From positions 12,728-76,727 of the forward strand of contig JAKASJ010000004.1 in assembly GCA_021819085.1 (NCBI GenBank): a stretch of 64,000 bases of DNA. The letters are read 5' to 3'. The stretch comes from Pseudomonadota bacterium (GTDB lineage: Bacteria > Pseudomonadota > Gammaproteobacteria > Acidiferrobacterales > UBA6901). This document shows, piece after piece, positions 1-7,257 of this stretch. A program made the position numbers and the translations under genes. Under the pieces are notes generated by a model. It ran no database searches. It was not told the DNA's origin and worked only from the letters and a program-made list of their open reading frames with translations. Each line of letters opens with the position of its first letter. The stretch's first letter is position 1.

Positions 1-1022
1 TGCAGGTCGAGGACGCCCAGAAACTTCCCGTTCGAGCCCGAGTTCATGACGAAGGTTGTCCCGCCCGCATTGCGCACGGGCACTGGGGCGGGCACCGCGT
101 CGTGGGTGTGACCCCCCAGAATGAAATCAATACCGGTGACGCGACCGGCCATCTTGAGATCCACGTCCATGCCATTGTGGGACAACAGGACCACGACGTG
201 CGCCCCCTCCGCCCGCACCTTGTTGACCATCTTTTGCATGTGGTGTTCATCGATACCGAACATCCAATCCGGCGTGAAGTACGCCGGATTGGCGATCGGG
301 GTGTACGGGAATGCCTGACCGATGATGGCGACCTTGACATGGTTGACCTCGCGCAACACATAGGGCTTGAACACCAGATCGCCCCAGGTGTTATCCGCCA
401 CGTTCTGCGCGATAAACTCAATGTTACGTGGCTTGAAATCCGTGCGTATGACTTCCTGCATGCGCTCCGCGCCATAGGTAAAATCCCAATGACCCGTCAT
501 GAGATCGATGCCCAGAAGCTTTTGCGCATCGATCATGTCTTGCCCCTGGGTCCAGAGAGCCATCGGTGAGCCCTGCCAGGTATCGCCACCATCCAGGAGC
601 AGGCTCCCGTGCGGTCGCTGGGCCCGCAGGTATTGAATCAAGGTGGACAGGTGCGCGAAGCCGCCCAGTTTTCCATACCGTTGCGCACTCTCAATGAAAT
701 CGAGATACGTGAATGCATAGGCCCGGCGCCCATGCACCGGGATCCGGAAATGCCGGAGGAATGGTTCACCGACGAGGTGGGGCGGCCGATTTTTCATCAC
801 CCCGACGCCTATATTGATGCTGGGTTCCCGGAAATAGACGGGGTTGATCTGAGCGTGGCAGTCGGTGAAGTGCAGCAGATTCACGTTGCCGTAGGGCGGT
901 AGCTCATACATCCGGCCAAAATCCTGAGATCGCGGAACGGTGGATGCGCCGACCGGCGCCACCAAGCCACTCGCGGCAGCCACAGCGATCAGTTGCATAA
1001 ACTCTCGGCGGGAAAGACTCAT
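1..1022 (-). CDS. soxB: Thiosulfohydrolase SoxB, N-terminal ~340 codons (3' end lies beyond the window start)
   Basis: Absent from the ORF track because it is open at the window edge. My translation of the minus strand from ATG 1022-1020 gives MSLSRREFMQLIAVAAASGLV (twin-arginine signal). This is followed by LLHFTDCHAQINPVYFREPS, LLLDGGDTWQGS, MTGHWDFTYG, LLSHNGMDVD and LGGHTHD, which are metallophosphoesterase motifs in the SoxB arrangement. GAGGAA lies just upstream of the ATG. Confidence 0.75.
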   Translation of the reverse strand, partial: MSLSRREFMQLIAVAAASGLVAPVGASTVPRSQDFGRMYELPPYGNVNLLHFTDCHAQINPVYFREPSINIGVGVMKNRPPHLVGEPFLRHFRIPVHGRRAYAFTYLDFIESAQRYGKLGGFAHLSTLIQYLRAQRPHGSLLLDGGDTWQGSPMALWTQGQDMIDAQKLLGIDLMTGHWDFTYGAERMQEVIRTDFKPRNIEFIAQNVADNTWGDLVFKPYVLREVNHVKVAIIGQAFPYTPIANPAYFTPDWMFGIDEHHMQKMVNKVRAEGAHVVVLLSHNGMDVDLKMAGRVTGIDFILGGHTHDAVPAPVPVRNAGGTTFVMNSGSNGKFLGVLDL

Positions 1023-1151
1023 AAATTCCTCACAAGTACTATGGATAAGCGGGCAGCGGACAAGTCCGATGGAAATGGTCCACCCATTCGATGTCGGTAA
1101 GACACTGGGTACAGCGCCACGTGGTGACATGAACGGGCCAGATACGGTGCA

Positions 1152-1619
1152 TCATGGCCGCGGAGGCCAACTGTGCTGTTCTGTCTGAAGATCGCGACAC
1201 CAGAGATACAGGGCATCGTACAATAGAAGACCCTGACACAGCAGTTCCTGATCGTCCGTGATCTTGCGCGAGAGCCCCAACGAGATCGCCTGCAGGCCTG
1301 CGGCCTCAGGCGCTAAATCTAGACGTCCGGTGTCTGCCCCGCGCACAATAGTGGCCAACTGTTCGAGGGCAGGATCCTTCAAATCGGGGTGCTTCTCTCG
1401 ATACTGTTTAAGGAAGGCATCGAAGCTGCATTGGTCTCCTTCATGGGATAGTTCCACACCCGGGATATCGTAAGGGACGGCTCCTGTATCCCGAGCTACC
1501 CTCAGCACGTCCCCGGGCGGTACGTAGAGAAATTCCGGTTCCGGGTCGATGAAACGCGTGATGAGCCAGGGGCAGGCAATGCGGTCGATCTTCGGGCGTT
1601 CGCGGGTCACCCATTTCAT
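1152..1619 (-). CDS. Small chromate-resistance protein, ChrB C-terminal-domain-like (possible ChrF equivalent)
   Basis: 155 aa starting MKWVTRERPKIDRIACPWLITRFIDPEPEFLYVP, the signature I recall for the ChrB C-terminal domain family. ATGA start/stop overlap with the upstream SOD-rhodanese gene (1616-1619). Last gene of the chr operon. Confidence 0.7.
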   Translation of the reverse strand: MKWVTRERPKIDRIACPWLITRFIDPEPEFLYVPPGDVLRVARDTGAVPYDIPGVELSHEGDQCSFDAFLKQYREKHPDLKDPALEQLATIVRGADTGRLDLAPEAAGLQAISLGLSRKITDDQELLCQGLLLYDALYLWCRDLQTEQHSWPPRP

Positions 1620-2539
1620 TTCTGATGGACCTCGCCACCTGCGGTCTTCCAGCCTTCGATACCGCCTTCGATATAGCGCGCGTTGAGCCCCATCTTCAAT
1701 AAATGATCCAGTACGGCATTGCTGACCGTGGCGCCACGGACGCAGTAAAGGATGATCTCCTGATCTTTCGGAAGGTCCTGGCTCCAGCGCCGAATGAGGT
1801 CTGGGTCACGCCACACGGCACCGGGTATGATGCGGTCGTCATTTTCATAATCGGCGCGACGCCGCACGTCCAGGAGCAGTGTGCGAGTATTGTCAGCAAG
1901 ATGTTTCTTCAGTGCGCCCGCAGTAATCGTCCGTTCTTTGAAGTGCTGGGCCGTAGAGGCGCGCTCATAGAGCCGCATCACATTCTCCCAGCGGATATTG
2001 CGCATAAAAGCTTCCACATAAGCCGCCGCCTTTGCGCCATAATCCAGATGATAAGAATGTTCGTACATATCGAGAGCCAGCAGGGGCACCGCATCGGCCA
2101 ACAGATGGGCATGATCCGCCGCCCATTGGTTGATGAGTGTGTTGTCGCGCATCGAGTACGTCAGCAATACCCACCCCGAACCACCGGCTTGGGCTTTACC
2201 CATGGCTGCAAACTGGGTGTGCCACCGCTCGTAACTGCCGAAATCGCGCGCAAGGGCGGCATAGAGGGTACCGCTCGGACCGACCCCACTGCCCAGGCTA
2301 TTGAAATACAGTTCGTGCAGTACCATGGAGTTGTAGGCGATCAATTCCTCCCGTTTGAGCCCGTTAATGACAAATACCGGCGCGCTGGCCAAATCGATCT
2401 CCGCCCACTGTTCCGCGATTTTGTTGAGACGTTTCACGGCTCCGCTATAGTTATTCTCGTAATGGCTGATGATCAGTGGTTCGGAGAGACCAGACAGCTG
2501 GCAAGGGTTGCAGGCGAGGGGCTTCAGGGCATAGGGCAT
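1616..2539 (-). CDS. Fe/Mn superoxide dismutase fused to a C-terminal rhodanese domain (ChrC-ChrE-like fusion)
   Basis: The N-terminal ~200 aa carry SOD motifs (HYENNYSGAV, LHELYFNSL, GSGWVLL, LLALDMYEHSYHLDYG). The C-terminal ~100 aa are rhodanese-like (LLLDVRRRADYE, EIILYCVRGATVSN with active-site Cys, GGIEGWKTAGG). Confidence 0.8.
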   Translation of the reverse strand: MPYALKPLACNPCQLSGLSEPLIISHYENNYSGAVKRLNKIAEQWAEIDLASAPVFVINGLKREELIAYNSMVLHELYFNSLGSGVGPSGTLYAALARDFGSYERWHTQFAAMGKAQAGGSGWVLLTYSMRDNTLINQWAADHAHLLADAVPLLALDMYEHSYHLDYGAKAAAYVEAFMRNIRWENVMRLYERASTAQHFKERTITAGALKKHLADNTRTLLLDVRRRADYENDDRIIPGAVWRDPDLIRRWSQDLPKDQEIILYCVRGATVSNAVLDHLLKMGLNARYIEGGIEGWKTAGGEVHQK

Positions 2540-2605
2540 GGCATCACTCCGAGTGTTGCTGCGTGACCCTTTGACGTGCTGAACAGGTAGGGCGTCACGC
2601 AGGGG

Positions 2606-3793
2606 TTACCGGTGCAGTAACGGAAACAAGATCAAGCCGAAGACCGCGGCGCTGGCAATGGTCACCGGTTCCGGCAGTTTCTTGAATTTCCATAAAAGGC
2701 CCGCGGTCAATACCGCAATCACCGCGGTGGGTACGTCGACGATGGAGCGTTCCGCAAGGATCACCACCGATCCCGCGATCGCGCCCACCGCAGCGGCGGT
2801 CACCCCGTCGACAAAGGCACGCACCGCGGGCCTGTGGCCATATTGGTGCATGTGGGGAGCGAGCAGGATCGTGAACAGGTAGCAGGGCAGGAAGGTGCCG
2901 AGTGCCGCCACGACCGCGCCCCAAACGCCGGCAATGAGATAGCCGATGAACCCAACGGTGATGACTACCGGACCGGGCGTAATCATCGCGACCGCCACGG
3001 CATCCACGAACTGCGCATCGGTCAGCCATTGGTGCCCGTGCACGACGCCTCCATATAGGAACGGCACGATGGCGAGCCCGCTGCCAAACACAAAGGCGCC
3101 TGCCTTGGTAAAAAATAGCGCGATCTGAACCAGCTTATGGGACGCAACCGTATGGAGGACGGCGGGCAAAGGCAACAGCGCGACAGCTGCCACGGACGTG
3201 GGCCCACCTGTTCCAGGCGGGTAGCGCCACAGCCAGACGACGACGCCCGCCGCCAGAAACAAAAGCGCGATCTCGGTTTTTGTGATGATCGTGACGCTGG
3301 CCAGTAGCACGTAAATCACCAGGAGCAGCCGGTCGCGCCCGATGCTTCGCTCGGTGAGTTTCTTCGCGCTCATCGCGATGATGCCGATGACGGCGGCACC
3401 CACCCCGTAGAACACCGCGTGCATCCAGGGAAGCCCACCAAAGCGCACATAGGCCCAGCCAATGGCCAGCACCATCAGGAACGAGGGGAGCACGAAAACG
3501 AGGCCTGCCAGGGTTGCGCCGCGAATCCGGTAATGCACATAGCCCAGATAGATCGCGAGTTGTGTCGCGAGTGGTCCTGGCGCTATCTGCGCCAACGCAA
3601 TGCCTTCCTTGTATTGCGCTTCTGTGATCCAGTGGCGCGCAAGGACCAGATCACGATGCATGTAGCCGACGAGCGCCACCGGGCCGCCAAACCCGACCGT
3701 ACCGAGCTTCAGCATGTACCGCAGGAGTGCCCAGAGCGTGTAGGTGGGTTCCGCGGGCACGGAGGCAACGAGGTCTTGGGGGTCGTGCTCCAT
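2606..3793 (-). CDS. chrA: Chromate ion transporter (CHR family)
   Basis: 395 aa polytopic membrane protein. Duplicated CHR signature: LKLGTVGFGGPVALVGYMHRDLV...APGPLATQLA in the N-half and FFTKAGAFVFGSGLAIVPFLYGG...ITPGPVVITVGF in the C-half. Confidence 0.9.
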   Translation of the reverse strand: MEHDPQDLVASVPAEPTYTLWALLRYMLKLGTVGFGGPVALVGYMHRDLVLARHWITEAQYKEGIALAQIAPGPLATQLAIYLGYVHYRIRGATLAGLVFVLPSFLMVLAIGWAYVRFGGLPWMHAVFYGVGAAVIGIIAMSAKKLTERSIGRDRLLLVIYVLLASVTIITKTEIALLFLAAGVVVWLWRYPPGTGGPTSVAAVALLPLPAVLHTVASHKLVQIALFFTKAGAFVFGSGLAIVPFLYGGVVHGHQWLTDAQFVDAVAVAMITPGPVVITVGFIGYLIAGVWGAVVAALGTFLPCYLFTILLAPHMHQYGHRPAVRAFVDGVTAAAVGAIAGSVVILAERSIVDVPTAVIAVLTAGLLWKFKKLPEPVTIASAAVFGLILFPLLHR

Positions 3794-3805
3794 GTTACAG
3801 GCCGT

Positions 3806-4750
3806 TCATTCCGGGTCCGGGGTAAAATGCACGAGCAAGGCGTCAAAGATCGGAAAGGCCACCTTGAGCAAGCGGTCATCGTTTTGCTCGACCCGCCGCA
3901 GACCATCCATTACCGCGGCGAGACCCTGCGCCTCGGGGACCGGTACGCCTCCGACATCTAGAAAATGCACGACCTCGGCGAGCTTCATGAGTCCCGGTTC
4001 CACCAGACCGAAACTGGCCATCAAGGTCTCGAACGTCACCAAGCCGCCAATATGGGTAAAGGTGGCCCCGTCAAAATCAAAGCCCAACGCATCCGGCGGA
4101 CAGTCGGTCGTCCGATCCAGCCAGATAAAGTGCGCCGCGGGATCGATCCTGAACCGGATCAGCCAGGCGCTGGCGAGGCGATCCACCCAAGGTCTGGCAC
4201 GTGTCGCCCAGATCCTTTGCTGATAGTCCGCCCGATCAAGCCGGGCGATTTGCCTCTCGACGGGGCGGGGCTCATCGGGTGAGACCAACGCGGCTAGGCG
4301 TGCTTCACAATCCTCCAGAGCGCGGCGTGCCTGCGCCTGAGCCTCCCCAGGGAAGAAATCGATCGCTGCGACTTGCTCGACTTGGCGGCGCAAAAGGCGC
4401 AAGTGCCGATCTATGGCAGGTGCATCCAGGGTCGCATCGCCGAGCAGTTCCCTCAGGCGGTCAACCAGCGGACTAAAATCCTCAGATCGATCAAACAAGG
4501 CTGCGAAGCGTGCGCCTTGTTCAGCGTCGCGCGGACTGAGATTAATCAGCTCTGCCGTGCCGTCGGAGCGCGTGATCTCGTGAGCGATGGCCAAGAGCTT
4601 TTCCTCGTGGCCCACGCCCGCCGGCAGGACATAGACCCCATCCCGCAGTACCGCTGCCCCAAGCGCTTTGAGCGCGCGCCAAGCTTTAGTTCGGGGCGTG
4701 GTCGTATGGCTCGGCAGACTCAACATGAGCCCAATGAGACTAGGTTCCAT
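3806..4750 (-). CDS. chrB: Chromate resistance regulator ChrB
   Basis: 314 aa. N-terminus TPRTKAWRALKALGAAVLRDGVYVLP is typical of ChrB. The C-terminal half (RIWATRARPWVDRLASAWLIRFRIDPAAHFIWL) is paralogous to the 155-aa protein at 1152-1619. First gene of the operon, 12 nt upstream of chrA. Confidence 0.8.
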   Translation of the reverse strand: MEPSLIGLMLSLPSHTTTPRTKAWRALKALGAAVLRDGVYVLPAGVGHEEKLLAIAHEITRSDGTAELINLSPRDAEQGARFAALFDRSEDFSPLVDRLRELLGDATLDAPAIDRHLRLLRRQVEQVAAIDFFPGEAQAQARRALEDCEARLAALVSPDEPRPVERQIARLDRADYQQRIWATRARPWVDRLASAWLIRFRIDPAAHFIWLDRTTDCPPDALGFDFDGATFTHIGGLVTFETLMASFGLVEPGLMKLAEVVHFLDVGGVPVPEAQGLAAVMDGLRRVEQNDDRLLKVAFPIFDALLVHFTPDPE

Positions 4751-4786
4751 GGATGATAGTGTGAGATATATAACACAGTATTGAAT

Positions 4787-4806
4787 TATGTATTACATAA
4801 TACATA
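4787..4806. promoter_or_regulatory. Perfect 8-bp inverted repeat TATGTATT-N4-AATACATA in the chrB promoter region (candidate operator)
   Basis: Read directly from the sequence. It lies 37-56 nt upstream of the chrB start codon inside a strongly AT-rich stretch (4757-5040). Confidence 0.3.
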
Positions 4807-5065
4807 TAGGTGGATGGCTTGTCAACGCGATACGCGCGAGTTGATATGCGGGACAATGTGGGCTGCGCCCTACGGGAGAGGTTCGGGTTAGACGTTGCGG
4901 GGTTATACAGCGGGGTACTTTGAAAATTGCTCCATTTTTGCTCCACTCGGTGGGAGATTTAAGCGTACCCAGATGTATATGCGTGTATCACAATACGCTG
5001 TTCTAAAAGGATATTGTTAGGTATCTCGCGGATGATAAAAGGGATCTTAAACGATTGTTAATCAG

Positions 5066-5112
5066 CCGTACCTTCACGGGTCCCGTGGGTTCGAATCCTA
5101 CCGCCTCCGCCA
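5066..5112 (+). other. Orphan 3' fragment of a class-II (Ser-like) tRNA ending in CCA; not a complete gene. Candidate att-site scar.
   Basis: Variable-arm hairpin CCGT-accttc-ACGG (5066-5079). T-arm GTGGG-TTCGAAT-CCTAC (5085-5101). Acceptor 3' strand CGCCTCC (5102-5108), discriminator G, CCA (5110-5112). No complementary 5' acceptor strand (GGAGGCG), D-arm or anticodon arm in the ~100 nt upstream. Confidence 0.6.
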
Positions 5113-6115
5113 GATGTTCAGTATTCACGCGAGGTTCCGGGCGATGTTTCCCTGTCCTCTCCACTGTTCCATCTATCCGGATGGGAAAGTGGAGGGGCGC
5201 CCGACAAGCCCCGGCTCGCAAATCCGGGCGATGCCCCACCAAAGGCATGAAACAGCGTGTCGCATCCGGCGTTGAATCCTGTGGTACGGAGGCCGGCGCC
5301 AGCGGATCAGGCATGCGCAAGTGACCGGTGTAACGTGCGTTACAGACAGGATCGGCCTGTGACGGCAATCAGCTAGCGAGGAAAGGCTCCGCATGAAGAT
5401 GTGATCTGTCTCTCTGGCTGTGCGGCGGAATGCTGCTGTTCGGTCGCGCGTACGCGGCGCAAAGCGGGAACCTTGGGCCTTATCGTTACGGCCAAGAAAA
5501 ACATGCATCCATACCCCAGGATCAATCGCGTATACGATGTGAATGATAACAAGCCGCGGGCGAGTCCGGATCGCCCAGGGGATCGAATTGCGCACGTGCA
5601 ATAATGCGATGTACGCCGCCGGGTCCAGGGCAAAAGATATGGACGGCTCCATAACGGTGATTCCAGCCGGCTTTGCCGAAATCATTTATCTCGACGCCAA
5701 GGGCTATCGGTACATCAATCCGCTTCCCACGCCGGTGAAAGACAGTCGCTGCCTGGATCACCCTAACGCCGCGACCTGCAGATACCACGCCTGAATTCAA
5801 TTTCCGGGACTTTGCAAAAACGGCTGCCGGACACCTGCAGGGTGATTACGGCAGCGGGTCATGCATCCGGCTTCTCATGCTAAAACCGGTTGGACGGGGG
5901 CACTTTTTCGAACCTGGCCCAATCTCCGCCGGGGCAGACTTGCCGGCAGAATATCCCGTTCACGCAATGCGTGGATCCCGCAGTGTGATGAACGAAGGCT
6001 TGCGGCAGACGTGCTGTCGCAGTCCCCGGGGCCTTGGTTACCCAGCGTGCGTTTGCACAGTTTGGTGCACCCGGGTGGGTCCGTGCGCCTTGCCGGGATC
6101 AGATATCGGCGGCGT

Positions 6116-6475
6116 TCACATGGCCGCACCAAGGCCGTGGCCGAGCATATGAGCGTCCAGGGAATGGAACATCCAAAGCGACAATCCGATGAGCATGACG
6201 AAAAGCGGAAGAATCAGCGCCAGGGCCACGGTGTGCCAGCGCTGGGTTGCCGACCAGTCCAGCCGAAACAGCAAACGCAGCTGGGCGACGACTGCCCCCA
6301 GGGCGATGACCAGGATCATGGGTTCTCTGCCATCAGGGGGCAGCAAATGGTGAGTAACAATCAGCAGGGAGATGGCCATCAGTAGCGTCGCGACCAGGAA
6401 GCCCGTGAGGTAGTTGCGCGTCTTGGCCAGCTGGACCTCGGGGTGTTCGAGCGGATTTCGGTGACGGTGCGGCAT
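6116..6475 (-). CDS. cyoD: Cytochrome o ubiquinol oxidase subunit IV
   Basis: Start moved to the internal ATG at 6475, which has AAGGAG 7 nt upstream and lies 10 nt after the cyoC stop. 119 aa with three hydrophobic helices. Last gene of the cyo operon. Confidence 0.8.
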   Translation of the reverse strand: MPHRHRNPLEHPEVQLAKTRNYLTGFLVATLLMAISLLIVTHHLLPPDGREPMILVIALGAVVAQLRLLFRLDWSATQRWHTVALALILPLFVMLIGLSLWMFHSLDAHMLGHGLGAAM

Positions 6476-6485
6476 CGGATGCTCC

Positions 6486-7157
6486 TTACAGATAGACCAC
6501 CGTGAAGACACAGACCCAGATCACGGCCTGGAACTGCCAGAAGATCTTGAGGTTCAGCAGCCGATAGACGACATTGTCGGTGAACCCTTGACGCATGATT
6601 TGGACCACCATCACGGCCATCCACAGAAGCCCGAAGACCATGTGCAGCCCGTGCACCAGCACCATGGCGTAATAGGCTGAAAGAAAACCGCTGCGCTCCG
6701 GGGTGATCCCCTGACTGATTAGGCCGGAGAATTCGTGGAATTCCATGCCGAGAAAGGCCGCGCCGATGAGGAAGGAGACAACGATCCCGTTGATGACGCC
6801 GGCACGACTTCCCTGTTTCAGGGCGGACATGGTGAGTCCGAAAGCAAAGACACTGGAGAAGACGAGCAGCGTCTCCCGGAAGGCGTAGCCCGGATGAACG
6901 ATCTGCGCTGCCGTCGGAGCGCCTGCGTAATTGTGTCTGAGCACCGCATAGGCGGTGAACAGGGCCGCCAGAATCATGGCGTCGCTAAGCATGTAGAGCC
7001 AGAATCCGAAGGTCCGGGTGGAGATTGCATCGTGCTCATGGTGCGAGCTGTCCCAGAGCACGGTCGTGCCCGATGCGGCAACGTCGATCGTGCGATGGCC
7101 ATTGTTCCACGGTGCCCCGGTATCCAGGTCGGCAATCTTGATTTTCGGCAAGCCCAT
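6486..7157 (-). CDS. cyoC: Cytochrome o ubiquinol oxidase subunit III
   Basis: 223 aa. FGFWLYMLSDAMILAALFTAY and HGLHMVFGLLWM are heme-copper oxidase subunit III motifs. Position between cyoB and cyoD. Confidence 0.9.
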   Translation of the reverse strand: MGLPKIKIADLDTGAPWNNGHRTIDVAASGTTVLWDSSHHEHDAISTRTFGFWLYMLSDAMILAALFTAYAVLRHNYAGAPTAAQIVHPGYAFRETLLVFSSVFAFGLTMSALKQGSRAGVINGIVVSFLIGAAFLGMEFHEFSGLISQGITPERSGFLSAYYAMVLVHGLHMVFGLLWMAVMVVQIMRQGFTDNVVYRLLNLKIFWQFQAVIWVCVFTVVYL

Positions 7158-7257
7158 GAGCTGCTACTCCGTCAGGTTGGGTAACGTCGAATGATCCGCA
7201 AGCGGTACCGGGCGTCTTCCGCCGGTGCTGCCACAGGGAATCAGGTTAAGGTTCTGG

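Noticed and set aside
5019-5112. A complete tRNA-Ser or a tmRNA (ssrA) gene ending at the CCA at 5112
   Set aside because: The acceptor 3' strand CGCCTCC needs GGAGGCG (or GGGGGCG for tmRNA) 85-360 nt upstream. Neither is present, and there is no D-arm or anticodon stem-loop. The discriminator is G rather than the A of tmRNA. Only the 3' ~47 nt are tRNA-like.
5393-5794. Small secreted protein, possibly frameshifted (signal-like LSLWLCGGMLLFGRAYA then ORF 5543-5794)
   Set aside because: It requires at least one frameshift and a non-ATG start. There is no RBS or family match I can support from the sequence alone.
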